Source of the DNA: a virus
Lineage: Duplodnaviria > Heunggongvirae > Uroviricota > Caudoviricetes
DNA: 46,500 bases
Strand: one strand, 5' to 3'
Virus record (IMG/VR): IMGVR_UViG_2718218452_000013
Shown here in pieces: positions 19,454 to 34,245 of this stretch; the stretch's first letter is position 1, and every line of letters starts with the position of its first letter. A model generated the notes under the pieces. The model ran no database searches, was not told where the DNA came from, and saw only the letters and a list, made by a program, of their open reading frames with translations. Position numbers and translations under genes: made by a program.

Positions 19454-20194
19454 TTAACTGGCGGTGACGGTAATTTCTGCAACCGCAGCAAACTCACCAT
19501 TACCGGATACAACCGGAATGTTGACCTTGCCTGCAGCAACGCCGTTCACGGTGATGGTCATACCACTGACCGACACGGTGGCTTTTGTTTTATCCGCAGA
19601 CACCGCACGAAAGCTCTTGTCGGTTACGCCCTCCGGCTGGAAGGCCACGGTCAGCGTGGTGCTCTGCCCTTTCACCACCGAGGTGCTGGAAGGCGTCACG
19701 GTCATGCCGGTTGCCGCTGTTACCGTGCTGCGATCTTCTGCCATCGACGGACGTCCCACATTGGTGACTTTCACCGTGCGGGTGATCACTTCCTTCGCCG
19801 TCACCGCCTTACCGATACTGCTGACCCAGCCACGGAACACATCGACCGTGCCGTTCGGGAAGCGGATTTTATAGGCACGGGTATCGCCTTCATTAAACCA
19901 CGCCAGCAGCGCCTGCTGCCCCTGCTCTCCGGGCATCCACGCCAGCGTGAAGCTGGTATCTCCGGCAGATTTCTGCCCCTGCCCGGTCGCAGTCCAGTCT
20001 GCATCTTCATCATCGAGATAGCTGTCGTCATAGGACTCAGCGGTCAGTTCGCCGGGCGTCAGGTCTTTAACTTTTGCCAGACGCGACCAGTCAACGTCTG
20101 AAAGCGGATTCGCATAAGGGTCACCGCTCCCCTTATAAACCCACAGGGTGGTCCCGGCACCTTTCACCGGCATTGTAGGATTTGGTACAGGCAT
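19454..20194 (-). CDS. V: major tail tube protein V
   Basis: [39 protein letters not shown]..., 246 aa from this Met; lambda V-like. Confidence 0.9.
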   Translation of the reverse strand: MPVPNPTMPVKGAGTTLWVYKGSGDPYANPLSDVDWSRLAKVKDLTPGELTAESYDDSYLDDEDADWTATGQGQKSAGDTSFTLAWMPGEQGQQALLAWFNEGDTRAYKIRFPNGTVDVFRGWVSSIGKAVTAKEVITRTVKVTNVGRPSMAEDRSTVTAATGMTVTPSSTSVVKGQSTTLTVAFQPEGVTDKSFRAVSADKTKATVSVSGMTITVNGVAAGKVNIPVVSGNGEFAAVAEITVTAS

Positions 20195-20201
20195 AGCGTC
20201 C

Positions 20202-20597
20202 TCACATTTCATAGGTAATGACATAAGTCAGATCGGCTGAACTCCACAGGCCCGCATCATCGTCGCGCCGGTAGTCATAGCCACTGGCCACCATACTGGT
20301 GATCAAATCTGACAGTGCCGGGATATCGCTCATCACCGGATAAATCCGGGACTCCATCCACGCATCCAGCTCTGAATCCGGCACCTGAGCAGGCAGGAAA
20401 ACTTCGATATGCAGCTCCGCCTGCCAGGTATCGCTGTCCAGCTCTTCGCCCGTGTATTCAGCGCCGGTGAGATAAACGGCAACTGCCGGAAAATCCGCCT
20501 CATCAAAAACAGCGGGGCGACCATCAAAAAACGTCGCCCCGGTGTCATGCTTCTCCAGTGCATCCAGTACGGCTGCACGGAGTTCAGTATGTTTCAT
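20202..20597 (-). CDS. U: tail tube terminator protein U
   Basis: 131-aa [34 protein letters not shown], lambda U-like. Confidence 0.9.
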   Translation of the reverse strand: MKHTELRAAVLDALEKHDTGATFFDGRPAVFDEADFPAVAVYLTGAEYTGEELDSDTWQAELHIEVFLPAQVPDSELDAWMESRIYPVMSDIPALSDLITSMVASGYDYRRDDDAGLWSSADLTYVITYEM

Positions 20598-21172
20598 CGC
20601 TTTATTACCATCCTCAGTTGATGCTGCAGCGCATAGCCCAGCTCTTTCGGAAGACGTTCACGCCGTATCCGCTCAATATTTTGTTTAAACGCCGTGGTCA
20701 GCGGCACCGCCATCGGGATTTTCACCACATCAATGGGGTAACGGTTTTTCCCGGCCACACGCTGCATGACATGCCACCGGCCATTTTTCAGTTGCTGAAT
20801 AAACGCGCCGGGAATACGACGGTTACCCACCACAAGCACGCTGCCGCCACCTTTCAGGGATGAACGCTGCCCCTTTTTACGACGCCTGCGGCGCGAAAGG
20901 ACAACCCGCGCATTACCCAGCTTGATTACGGGCAAATCCCCCCGGTTAACTTTGATTCTGGCCTGCGGATTTTTGACCGTGGCCCTTTTCAGCCTGGCCC
21001 TTTCCTTTACCAGTTTCCGGCGTACCTTTGTCTCACGGGCAACCTGTGACGCCGACTGCGATATCGCGGATGAAGCAACGCGGTTAATGGCCATTGCGGC
21101 GGCACCAGGCACCGCCGTTTTGCTGATACGGCTGAGGTTTTCAACGGCCTGCTCAAGACCTTTTATGGCCAT
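20594..21172 (-). CDS. Z: tail completion protein Z
   Basis: 192-aa ORF MAIKGLEQAVENLSRISKTAVPGAAAMAINRV, lambda Z-like. Confidence 0.9.
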   Translation of the reverse strand: MAIKGLEQAVENLSRISKTAVPGAAAMAINRVASSAISQSASQVARETKVRRKLVKERARLKRATVKNPQARIKVNRGDLPVIKLGNARVVLSRRRRRKKGQRSSLKGGGSVLVVGNRRIPGAFIQQLKNGRWHVMQRVAGKNRYPIDVVKIPMAVPLTTAFKQNIERIRRERLPKELGYALQHQLRMVIKR

Positions 21173-21183
21173 ACATCCCCCTT

Positions 21184-21537
21184 TCAGCGGCGACGGTTAA
21201 CGGCAGGCGGTACGCCCCGTCCAAGCCAGAGATGACAACTTCCGCCATCATCCGGCGAAACCCGATCTACCCAGAAATTTTCCTCACCGATGGTCAGCGT
21301 GTCTCCACGCCGCAGCTGCCGCACCTCATCAGTCCGGACAAACAGGGACGGGCTGGAGCCTTCAACGCGCACGCCCTGTCCGGCATAGCTGATATTTTCA
21401 GGGTCATCAAAAACACCACGTATCACCGCACCTGACTGCTCACCGGATGTAATGGTGGCTGACGTTCCCATGTACCCGCGTATCGTTTCATCGGCGCGGG
21501 CAATGGCAGCATCGAACAGGTTATCGAAATCAGCCAC
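21184..21537 (-). CDS. FII: head-tail joining protein FII
   Basis: 117-aa ORF MADFDNLFDAAIARADETIRGYMGTSATITSGEQ, lambda FII-like. Confidence 0.9.
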   Translation of the reverse strand: MADFDNLFDAAIARADETIRGYMGTSATITSGEQSGAVIRGVFDDPENISYAGQGVRVEGSSPSLFVRTDEVRQLRRGDTLTIGEENFWVDRVSPDDGGSCHLWLGRGVPPAVNRRR

Positions 21538-21548
21538 AGCGCCTCCCG

Positions 21549-21947
21549 TTATTGCATTCTGGCCAGGCCGCGCTCTGTCATTTCGGCTGCCACACCGGCA
21601 GAGACACGAAACGCCGTTCCCGGCAGCACAAATGCCACAGGTTCATCCCGCGTGGCGTGAAGTGCATCAGTATGCAGCTTCACCAGTGCCACGACCGTGA
21701 CCAGTTCAGACGTATCCAGAATCACGGTATCCGGCTGCGCTGATCCCACCTCATTTTCATGTCCGGTCAGCACATTTTCCCGGCTGAGAGGGGTGTCCTG
21801 ACCGGCAGTTTCATCCGTGTCATCAAGCTCCTCTTCCAGCTCTGCCACACGGAGCGCCAGTTCTTCTTTCGTCCCCGTCAGGCTGACATCACGGTTCAGT
21901 TGTTCACCCAGCGAGCGGAGACGGGCAATCAGTTCATCTTTCGTCAT
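21549..21947 (-). CDS. FI: DNA packaging protein FI
   Basis: MTKDELIARLRSLGEQLNRDVSLTGTKEELALRVAELEEELDD..., 132 aa from this Met. Confidence 0.85.
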   Translation of the reverse strand: MTKDELIARLRSLGEQLNRDVSLTGTKEELALRVAELEEELDDTDETAGQDTPLSRENVLTGHENEVGSAQPDTVILDTSELVTVVALVKLHTDALHATRDEPVAFVLPGTAFRVSAGVAAEMTERGLARMQ

Positions 21948-21988
21948 GGACTCCTCCACAGAGAAACAATGGCCCCGAAGGGCCATGA

Positions 21989-23014
21989 TTACGCCAGTTG
22001 TACGGACACGAACTCATCAGGGTCAGCCAGCAGCATCAGCGGTGCTGACTGAATCATGGTGAACTCACGCGCCGGATCGCCGGTGGTCACCCAGTTTTTC
22101 GGGTAACGGGCAGAGGCGTTAATGCCTTCGCGCTGTGCGTCCGCATCCTGAATGCAGCCATAGGTGCGCAGACCGCGTGCCTGAGTGTTCCCCAGCACCA
22201 TCGTGTTGTCCGGCAGGAAGTTCTTTTTGACGCCGTTTTCCACGTACTGTCCGGAATACACGACGATGGCCACATCGCCATACATCCCCTTATAGGACAC
22301 CGCTTTACCTAGGTCTTTCACCGCTGTCTCCAGCTCGGAATTAGAGCCACGACGGGTATCCAGCTTCTCCTTGACGGCTTTGAAGGAACGGAACAGCGCC
22401 CAGCCTTTCGGATCGAACACGATGATATTCACCACACCGCTGGCGTTCAGCGCGTAGGCTTCGATATCGTCGGTCGGGTCATACGTGGACTTGTCACGCT
22501 TGCTCCACTCCGTGCCGCCGGACTGCGTGATGTTATTCTCCTCACTGCGGCCCATATCCACCTCAACCGGATCGAAGGCTTCACCGGTCATGGTGTATTT
22601 GCCCTTAAGCACGGCAGAAACTGCCTGCATCTCTTCGACCTGAGCAATGGCCAGCTCTTCGTCACGCATGTTCTGCATGATGATGCGACGGCGGCGGTAA
22701 GCCGGGTCCGCCAGATTCTGCGGATCTTCATCCGGCAGGCGACGCAGGGTCATCTGCGGATTCACTTCATGCTTCGGCTTGACATATCCCGGCGTAAATT
22801 CAGAGGTGGAGCCGCCACGGGAACGGATAACCTCACCGGAAACAATCGGCGAAACGTACAGCGCCATGTTTACCAGTCCCGGAATTTGTGAGAGATAGAC
22901 TTTCTCCGTGGTGAAGGGATAGCTCTCACGGAAAAAGAGACGCAGAAACAGCGGATCAAACTTAAATTTCTGCTCATTTGCCGCCAGCAGTTGGGCGGTT
23001 GTGTACATCGACAT
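21989..23014 (-). CDS. E: major capsid protein E
   Basis: MSMYTTAQLLAANEQKFKFDPLFLRLFFRESYPFTTEKVY..., 341 aa from this Met; lambda E-like. Confidence 0.9.
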   Translation of the reverse strand: MSMYTTAQLLAANEQKFKFDPLFLRLFFRESYPFTTEKVYLSQIPGLVNMALYVSPIVSGEVIRSRGGSTSEFTPGYVKPKHEVNPQMTLRRLPDEDPQNLADPAYRRRRIIMQNMRDEELAIAQVEEMQAVSAVLKGKYTMTGEAFDPVEVDMGRSEENNITQSGGTEWSKRDKSTYDPTDDIEAYALNASGVVNIIVFDPKGWALFRSFKAVKEKLDTRRGSNSELETAVKDLGKAVSYKGMYGDVAIVVYSGQYVENGVKKNFLPDNTMVLGNTQARGLRTYGCIQDADAQREGINASARYPKNWVTTGDPAREFTMIQSAPLMLLADPDEFVSVQLA

Positions 23015-23069
23015 AAAAAAATCCCGTAAAAAAAGCCGCACAGGCGGCCTTTAGTGATGAAGGGTAAAG

Positions 23070-23402
23070 TTAAACGATGCTGATTGCCGTTCCGGCAAAC
23101 GCGGTCCGTTTTTTCGTCTCGTCGCTGGCAGCCTCCGGCCAGAGCACATCCTCATAACGGAACGTGCCGGACTTGTAGAACGTCAGCGTGGTGCTGGTCT
23201 GGTCAGCAGCAACCGCAAGAATGCCAACGGCAGCACCGTCGGTGGTGCCATCCCACGCAACCAGCTTACGGCTGGAGGTGTCCAGCATCAGCGGGGTCAT
23301 TGCAGGCGCTTTCGCACTCAATCCGCCGGGCGCGGTTGCGGTATGAGCCGGGTCACTGTTGCCCTGCGGCTGGTAATGGGTAAAGGTTTCTTTGCTCGTC
23401 AT
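23070..23402 (-). CDS. D: capsid decoration protein D
   Basis: [40 protein letters not shown]..., 110 aa. Confidence 0.9.
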
Positions 23403-23411
23403 AAACATCCC

Positions 23412-24017
23412 TTACACTGGTGTGTTCAGCAAATCGTTAACGGCATCAGATGCCGGGTTACCTGCAGCCAGCGGTGCCGGTGCCCCCTGCATCAGACGAT
23501 CCAGCGCAGTGTCACTGCGCGCCTGTGCACTCTGTGGTGCTGCGGCCAGAATGCGGCGGGCCGTTTTCACGGTCATACCGGGGGTTTCTGCCAGCACGCG
23601 TGCCTGTTCTTCGCGTCCGTGAGCCTCCTCACAGTTGAGGATCCCCATAATGCGGCTGTTTTCTGCCGCAACCGCTGCGGTGATCTGCGCGTTCACGTCC
23701 GGCTGCGCCGCGCTGGCGTTCTCGCCCTCCGTCGCTGGCCCCACGTCAGTAACGTCAGCCTGCGAAGCAGTGGCTGAAACAGTTGTTGATTGAGTCTCTT
23801 TGGTCATTCGCCCTCCTGAGAGACGGGATTTACGTGCATCCAGTGCATCACGCATGACGGTGATCGCATCGGTGCTGTTAACAAGTTCATCAGCCAGTCC
23901 GGCATCAATGGCCTCCTGACCGCTGTACACTGCAGCCTCGGTATCCAGCACAGCCTGCACGGACAGGCCGGTATATGCCGACACCTTCTGCGCAAACATC
24001 CGGCGGGTTGCGTCCAT
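23412..24017 (-). CDS. Nu3: capsid scaffolding protein Nu3 (internal in-frame start within C)
   Basis: in-frame ATG at 24017 (MDATRRMFAQKVSAYTGLSV...) sharing the C-terminal frame with C, as in lambda. Confidence 0.5.
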   Translation of the reverse strand: MDATRRMFAQKVSAYTGLSVQAVLDTEAAVYSGQEAIDAGLADELVNSTDAITVMRDALDARKSRLSGGRMTKETQSTTVSATASQADVTDVGPATEGENASAAQPDVNAQITAAVAAENSRIMGILNCEEAHGREEQARVLAETPGMTVKTARRILAAAPQSAQARSDTALDRLMQGAPAPLAAGNPASDAVNDLLNTPV

Positions 24018-24711
24018 CCGGGACTGCAGTGTCTCCCGGACGTCATCCGGAAGATGGCTGTAGGGGTTGCCATCCACCTTATGGCTGCCGCTGTAAATCA
24101 GCGTGATTTCCACACCCTGTTTCTCCAGCGCAGCACCGTAATTACTGTGAGCCATCATGACGCCGATGGAGCCTGTCCGGGCGGTCTGCGTGACCAGACG
24201 CCGGGAGGCGGCACTGGCAAGCAACTGACCTGCACTGCAGTTCATGTCGTTGGCAAGCGCCCATACCGGTTTTATGTCACGCACACGGGCGATGATGTCA
24301 GCGCAGTCAAATGCCCCCGCCACCATCCCGCCGGGCGTGTCCATATCGAGCAGAATGCCGTCCACCATCGGATCGCTGGCAGCCTGTTGCAGACGGGCGA
24401 TAATGCCGTTGTAACCGGTCATCCCCGAGTACGGCTGCAGCGCCCGCGTCCGGCTGACCAGCGTGCCGGACACCGGCAGCACGGCGATGCCGTTCATGAC
24501 CTGATAACTGCGGGCCTGTCGTGGTCCGTCATCATCACCGGATAATGCCAGCGTCGCGAGTGCCTCCTGGGCAGTCAGGCTGTCGCCGGACACCGCATCC
24601 GTCAGGCGGCTGATCCCAAGCTGGCCTGCAAGCGCACAAAAGAAAACCCGCGCATAGGCGGGTTCAAGCATCAGCGGCTCATTAAAGGCCATGCTGGCAA
24701 TATGCGGGAGA

Positions 24712-24731
<20 letters not shown>
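23412..24731 (-). CDS. C: capsid assembly protease C
   Basis: ORF containing VTAELRNLPHIASMAFNEPLMLEPAYARVFF... (GTG start as in lambda C, 439 aa); S49/ClpP-like body. Confidence 0.85.
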
Positions 24732-28412
<3,681 letters not shown>

Positions 28413-28438
<26 letters not shown>

Positions 28439-28958
28439 TCAGCAACCCCGGTATCAGTTCATCCAGCGCGGCTGCTTTGTTCATGGCTTTGATGATATCC
28501 CGTTTCAGGAAATCAACATGTCGGTTTTCCAGTTCCGGAAAACGCCGCTGCACCGACAGGGGGAGCCCGTCGAGAATACTGGCAATTTCACCTGCGATCC
28601 GCGACAACACGAAAGTACAGAATGCGGTTTCCACCACTTCAGCGGAGTCTCTGGCATTCTTCAGTTCCTGTGCGTCGGCCTGCGCACGCGTAAGTCGATG
28701 GCGTTCGTACTCAATAGTTCCTGGCTGGAGATCTGCCTCGCTGGCCTGCCGCAGTTCTTCAACCTCCCGGCGCAGCTTTTCGTTCTCAATTTCAGCATCC
28801 CTTTCGGCATACCATTTTATGACGGCGGCAGAGTCATAAAGCACCTCATTACCCTTGCCACCGCCTCGCAGAACGGGCATTCCCTGTTCCTGCCAGTTCT
28901 GAATGGTACGGATACTCGCACCGAAAATGTCAGCCAGCTGCTTTTTGTTGACTTCCAT
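28413..28958 (-). CDS. Nu1: terminase small subunit Nu1
   Basis: 181-aa ORF MEVNKKQLADIFGASIRTIQNWQEQGMPVLRGGGKGNEVLYDSAAVIKWYAERDAE..., recalled as matching lambda Nu1. Confidence 0.95.
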
Positions 28959-29048
28959 TGTTCATTCCACGGCCAAAAACAGAGAAAGGAAACGACAAAG
29001 GCCCAAAAGTTCGTTTTCAGCACCTGTCGTTTCCTTTCTTTTCAGGGG

Positions 29049-29200
29049 GTATTTTAAATAAAAACATTAAGTTACGACGAAGAAGAACGGAAACGCCTTA
29101 AACCGGAAAATTTTCATAAATAGCGAAAACCCGCGAGGTCGCCGCCCCGTAACCTGTCGGATCGCCGGAAAGGACCCGCAAAATGATAATAATTATCATC
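29049..29200 (-). other. cos: cos site (cosB-cosN-cosQ); cosN 12-nt cohesive end at 29136..29147
   Basis: plus-strand ...ccgcgaggtcgccgccccgtaacctgtcgg... is the reverse complement of the lambda cohesive-end junction CGACAGGTTACG|GGGCGGCGACCTCGCGGG; about 190 bp upstream of the Nu1 start. Confidence 0.85.
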
Positions 29201-29346
29201 TACATGTCACAACGTGCATCTACGCCATCAAACCACGTCAAATAATCAATTATGACGCAGGTATCGTATTAATTGATCCGCATCAACTTAACGTAAAAAC
29301 AACTTCAGACAATACAAATCAGCGACACTGAATACGGGGCAACCTC

Positions 29347-29541
29347 ATGTCAACGAAGAACAGAACCCGCAGAACAACAACCCGCAACATCCGCTTTCCT
29401 AACCAAATGATTGAACAAATTAACATCGCTCTTGATCAAAAAGGGTCCGGGAATTTCTCAGCCTGGGTCATTGAAGCCTGCCGTCGGAGGCTAACGTCAG
29501 AAAAGATAGCATATACATCAATTAAAAGTGATGAAGAATGA
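29347..29541 (+). CDS. small phage protein, DLP12 YlcI-like
   Basis: 64-aa ORF MSTKNRTRRTTTRNIRFPNQMIEQINIALDQKGSGNFSAWVIEACRRRL; position next to cos as in DLP12 and the lambda right end. Confidence 0.6.
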   Translation: MSTKNRTRRTTTRNIRFPNQMIEQINIALDQKGSGNFSAWVIEACRRRLTSEKIAYTSIKSDEE

Positions 29542-29705
29542 ACATCCCGCGTTCTTCCCTCCGAACAGGACGATATTGTAAATTCACTTAATTACGAGGG
29601 CATTGCAGTAATTGAGTTGCAGTTTTACCACTTTCCTGACAGTGACAGACTGCGTGTTGGCTCTGTCACAGGTTAAGTAGTTTGAATGATTAGCAGTTAT
29701 GGTGA

Positions 29706-29912
29706 TCAGTCAACCACCAGGGAATAATCCTTCATATTATTATCGTGCTTCACCAACGCTGCCTCAATTGCCCTGAATGCTTCCAGAGACACCTTATGTT
29801 CTATACATGCAATTACAACATCAGGGTAACTCATAGAAATGGTGCTATTAAGCATATTTTTTACACGAATCAGATCCACGGAGGGATCATCAGCAGATTG
29901 TTCTTTATTCAT
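29706..29912 (-). CDS. small phage protein, DLP12 YbcW-like
   Basis: 68-aa [43 protein letters not shown]. Confidence 0.6.
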
Positions 29913-30197
29913 TTTGTCGCTCCATGCGCTTGCTCTTCATCTAGCGGTTAAAATATTACTTCAAATCTTTCTGTATGAAGATTTGAGCACGTTGGCCTTA
30001 CATACATCTGTCGGTTGTATTTCCCTCCAGAATGCCAGCAGGACCGCACTTTGTTACACAACCAATACTATTAATTGAAAACATTCCTAATATTTGACAT
30101 AAATCATCAACAAAACACAAAGAGGTCAGACCAGATTGAAACGATAAAAACGATAATGCAAACTACGCGCCCTCGTATCACATGGAAGGTTTTACCA

Positions 30198-30608
30198 ATG
30201 GCTCAGGTTGCCATTTTTAAAGAAATATTCGATCAAGTGCGAAAAGATTTAAACTGTGAATTGTTTTATTCTGAACTAAAACGTCACAATGTCTCACATT
30301 ATATTTACTATCTAGCCACAGATAATATTCACATTGTGTTAGAAAACGATAACACTGTGTTAATAAAAGGACTTAAAAAGGTTGTAAATGTTAAATTCTC
30401 AAGAAATACGCATCTTATAGAAACGTCCTTTGATAGGTTGAAATCAAGAGAAATCACATTTCAGCAATACAGGGAAAATCTTGCTAAAGCAGGAGTTTTC
30501 CGATGGGTTACAAATATCCACGAACATAAAAGATATTACTATACCTTTGATAATTCATTACTATTTACTGAGAGCATTCAGAACACTACACAAATCTTTC
30601 CACGCTAA
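30198..30608 (+). CDS. DUF1398-family phage protein, YbcV-like
   Basis: ATG at 30198 ([43 protein letters not shown]...), 136 aa; synteny with bor. Confidence 0.65.
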   Translation: MAQVAIFKEIFDQVRKDLNCELFYSELKRHNVSHYIYYLATDNIHIVLENDNTVLIKGLKKVVNVKFSRNTHLIETSFDRLKSREITFQQYRENLAKAGVFRWVTNIHEHKRYYYTFDNSLLFTESIQNTTQIFPR

Positions 30609-30898
30609 ATCATAACGTCCGGTTTCTTCCGTGTCAGCACCGGGGCGTTGGCATAATGCAATACGTGTACGCGCTAAACCCTGTGTGCATCGTTTTTAAT
30701 TATTCCCGGACACTCCCGCAGAGAAGTTCCCCGTCAGGGCTGTGGACATAGTTAATCCGGGAATACAATGACGATTCATCGCACCTGACATACATTAATA
30801 AATATTAACAATATGAAATTTCAACTCATTGTTTAGGGTTTGTTTAATTTTCTACACATACGATTCTGCGAACTTCAAAAAGCATCGGGAATAACACC

Positions 30899-31192
30899 AT
30901 GAAAAAAATGCTACTCGCTACTGCGCTGGCCCTGCTTATTACAGGATGTGCTCAACAGACGTTTACTGTTCAAAACAAACAGACAGCAGTAGCACCAAAG
31001 GAAACCATCACCCATCATTTCTTCGTTTCTGGAATTGGGCAGAAGAAAACTGTCGATGCAGCCAAAATTTGTGGCGGCGCAGAAAATGTTGTTAAAACAG
31101 AAACCCAGCAAACATTCGTAAATGGATTGCTCGGTTTTATTACTTTAGGCATTTATACTCCGCTGGAAGCGCGTGTGTATTGCTCAAAATAA
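30899..31192 (+). CDS. bor: Bor lipoprotein (serum-resistance moron, Iss homolog)
   Basis: 97-aa ORF MKKMLLATALALLITGCAQQTFTVQNKQTAVAPKETITHHFFVSGIGQKKTVDAAKICGG... with lipobox LITGC; recalled as lambda Bor. Confidence 0.9.
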   Translation: MKKMLLATALALLITGCAQQTFTVQNKQTAVAPKETITHHFFVSGIGQKKTVDAAKICGGAENVVKTETQQTFVNGLLGFITLGIYTPLEARVYCSK

Positions 31193-31223
31193 TTGCATGA
31201 GTTGCCCATCGATATGGTCAGCT

Positions 31224-31685
31224 CTATCTGCACTGCTCATTAATATACTTCTGGGTTCCTTCCAGTTGTTTTTGCATAGTGATCAGCCTCTCTCTGAGGG
31301 TGAAATAATCCCGTTCAGCGGTGTCTGCCAGTCGGGGGGAGGCTGCATTATCCACGCCGGAGGCCGTGGTGGCTTCACGCACTGACTGACAGACTGCTTT
31401 GATGTGCAACCGACGACGACCAGCGGCAACATCATCACGCAGAGCATCATTTTCAGCTTTCGCATCAGCTAACTCCTTCGTGTATTTTGCATCGAGCGCA
31501 GCAACATCACGCTGACGCATCTGCATGTCAGTAATTGCCGCGTTCGCTAGCTTCAGTTCTCTGGCATTTTTGTCGCGCTGGGCTTTGTAGGCGATTGCGT
31601 TATCACGGTAATGATTGACCGCCCATGACAGGCTGACGATGATGCAGATAATCAGAGCGGATATAATCGCGGTTACTCTGCTCAC
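31224..31685 (-). CDS. Rz: i-spanin Rz
   Basis: GTG at 31685 overlapping the endolysin stop ([29 protein letters not shown]...), 153 aa with N-terminal TM segment and coiled coil; the ORF track starts 4 codons earlier at 31697. Confidence 0.8.
31283..31465 (-). CDS. Rz1: o-spanin Rz1 lipoprotein, embedded in the +1 frame of Rz
   Basis: 60-aa [55 protein letters not shown] with lipobox and Pro-rich body, nested wholly inside Rz. Confidence 0.8.
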   Translation of the reverse strand: MRKLKMMLCVMMLPLVVVGCTSKQSVSQCVKPPRPPAWIMQPPPDWQTPLNGIISPSERG

Positions 31686-32179
31686 TGTTGCCCCCACAAA
31701 CAGACTTCACGCTCAATCTCACGACGAGTCATCAGGCCTTTCCATTGCTTACCGCCAGCGTATGTCCAGCGACGCAGCTGATCACATGCGCCTTTGATAT
31801 CGCCCTGGTTTATTTTGCGAAGAAGCGTCGATGTTCTAAAATTGCCAGCACCCACATTGTAAACGAATGAGTAAAGAGCGCCGCGCGTTGTTTCCGGTAT
31901 ATCAACTTTGATATACGGGTTAATTTGTCTGGCGACAGTGGCAAGGTCTTTATTCAAGAGTGCTTTGCATTCTGCTTTGGTATACGTTTTACCGAGCATG
32001 ATGTCTTTTCCGGTGTGTCCGTGACATACAGTCCATACACCAACAATATCTTTGTATGGTATGTAGCTGACACCTTCCAGACCATCGTTACCACTTGGGC
32101 CAGTGATTAACACTGATGCTATAGCAATTGCTCCGCCACCAATAGCAGCAGCAACGGCTTTTCGTAATGATGGAGGCAT
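31682..32179 (-). CDS. R: SAR endolysin (phage 21 R21-type lysozyme)
   Basis: 165-aa [47 protein letters not shown]... with Gly/Ala-rich N-terminal signal-anchor-release segment. Confidence 0.85.
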
Positions 32180-32394
32180 TATTCACCTCTCGCAGCCTTG
32201 CGCTTATCTTCTTTAATCTTGAAATAAAGGTTTGTCAGGTACGTCAGCAGGCCAAATACCAGGCTACCCAGCACACCTATTGCTGCCCACTGTGAGGGAG
32301 TGACTTTATCGAGCAGCTGTAAAAACCAGTAACCGGCACTACCTGCTGAGGTGCCATAGGCGACTCCAGTTGTTAACTTATCCATGAATTTCAT
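32179..32394 (-). CDS. S: pinholin (phage 21 S21-type class II holin) with dual-start motif
   Basis: ATG at 32394 gives [71 protein letters not shown] (71 aa); MKFM dual start; stop overlaps the endolysin start. Confidence 0.85.
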
Positions 32395-32982
32395 AACCCC
32401 ACCTCGCAGACAAAGCGGGTGTAAATTGAGGGAATACAACGTATCGCAAAAAAGCAGAAACGTAACTGACTCCGAGTCAGTGAATAACTCAGGTATTGAG
32501 TTATCAGCTAATATCGAGACTCAAAAAATGGAAAAACCAGCTCGACGGCGGGTTTAAGCTGTGTGACGAAGTAACCACTCTTAACAGCATAACCAATTTT
32601 TTACGTACGTAAACCACTGAATGATATTTATGAGAATGCTACCGAGTGTTCAAAACATCACCACAAATACATAAGAAAACCTCAACAAATAACCAATAAA
32701 TAATTTCCAGTGTTATTTTTAGCCGGTTTAAATTAAACAGACGAATTATAGAACCACCATAAATAACAGCCATTAATATAAATTAGCTAATAGATTTATT
32801 TTTGTTCAAATAAGAGCCATAAATAGGTTTCGATAGAAAAAGTTCAGATAAAAATAGAGATCTACTTCACAAATTAAATGAGAAACTAAAACTTACATCT
32901 TGAAATAATCACATTGATTAGATGAATATTTATCGCGCAGTGACATCATTTTTTAATAATAGTTCAAAAAAAAGGGCTCACG

Positions 32983-34080
32983 ATGAAAAAATTAACAGTG
33001 GCAATTTCTGCTGTAGCTGCATCAGTACTGATGGCGATGTCTGCTCAGGCAGCTGAAATTTATAATAAAGACAGTAACAAGCTGGATCTGTACGGGAAAG
33101 TTAATGCCAAGCACTACTTTTCCTCTAACGATGCAGATGATGGTGATACTACTTATGTTCGTCTGGGCTTCAAAGGCGAAACCCAAATCAACGATCAGCT
33201 GACTGGTTTCGGTCAGTGGGAATATGAATTCAAAGGCAACCGCGCTGAATCTCAAGGTTCCTCCAAAGACAAAACCCGTCTTGCATTTGCAGGCCTGAAA
33301 TTCGGTGACTACGGCTCAATCGATTACGGCCGTAACTACGGTGTAGCATACGACATCGGTGCGTGGACTGACGTTCTGCCAGAATTCGGTGGCGATACCT
33401 GGACCCAAACAGATGTGTTCATGACTGGTCGCACCACTGGTGTTGCAACCTATCGTAACAACGACTTCTTTGGTCTGGTTGATGGTCTGAACTTTGCTGC
33501 TCAGTACCAAGGCAAAAACGATCGTAGCGATTTCGATAACTACACCGAAGGTAACGGTGATGGCTTCGGTTTCTCTGCTACCTATGAATACGAAGGATTC
33601 GGTATCGGTGCAACTTATGCGAAATCTGATCGTACCGACACTCAAGTTAATGCAGGGAAAGTTCTTCCTGAAGTATTTGCTTCCGGTAAAAATGCAGAAG
33701 TTTGGGCCGCAGGTCTGAAATATGACGCTAACAACATTTACCTGGCCACTACCTATTCTGAAACCCAGAATATGACTGTATTTGCTGATCACTTCGTTGC
33801 TAATAAAGCTCAAAACTTCGAAGCTGTTGCACAATATCAGTTCGATTTCGGTCTGCGTCCGTCCGTTGCTTACCTGCAATCTAAAGGTAAGGATCTTGGA
33901 GTATGGGGCGATCAGGACTTAGTCAAATATGTTGATGTAGGTGCAACCTATTACTTCAACAAAAATATGTCTACTTTCGTTGATTACAAAATCAACCTGC
34001 TTGACAAAAATGACTTCACTAAAGCACTCGGTGTAAGCACTGATGACATCGTTGCTGTAGGTCTGGTTTACCAGTTCTAA
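32983..34080 (+). CDS. nmpC: outer membrane general porin (NmpC/OmpD/OmpC family), phage moron
   Basis: 365-aa [50 protein letters not shown]... ending ...VGLVYQF; sits between Q and the lysis cassette in the opposite orientation, as in DLP12. Confidence 0.85.
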   Translation: MKKLTVAISAVAASVLMAMSAQAAEIYNKDSNKLDLYGKVNAKHYFSSNDADDGDTTYVRLGFKGETQINDQLTGFGQWEYEFKGNRAESQGSSKDKTRLAFAGLKFGDYGSIDYGRNYGVAYDIGAWTDVLPEFGGDTWTQTDVFMTGRTTGVATYRNNDFFGLVDGLNFAAQYQGKNDRSDFDNYTEGNGDGFGFSATYEYEGFGIGATYAKSDRTDTQVNAGKVLPEVFASGKNAEVWAAGLKYDANNIYLATTYSETQNMTVFADHFVANKAQNFEAVAQYQFDFGLRPSVAYLQSKGKDLGVWGDQDLVKYVDVGATYYFNKNMSTFVDYKINLLDKNDFTKALGVSTDDIVAVGLVYQF

Positions 34081-34245
34081 TCTGATTACGAAAAAGATAT
34101 GTTGCGGGAGGCGTTGCCTCCCCAACATATAAGTGGCTCCCTCAAGCCACTTCCTTTAGGAGCACAACCTTGCTTCTAACTATATAAACCTTCTGTTATA
34201 TATTACCCTTTATTTTTGGGGGCGTTGCAACGCCCCATTTTTAAT
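34081..34245 (+). ncRNA. candidate IpeX-like sRNA / porin 3' UTR ending in a terminator
   Basis: two GC-rich hairpins (gggaggcgttgcctcccc; gggggcgttgcaacgcccc followed by a T-run) directly downstream of the porin; by analogy to IpeX at the DLP12 nmpC 3' end. Not verified. Confidence 0.3.

Noticed and set aside
23804-24545. ORFs of 89-163 aa in both orientations inside gene C
   Set aside because: Internal to or antisense of the capsid protease/scaffold gene; only the in-frame internal start at 24017 (Nu3) is credible.
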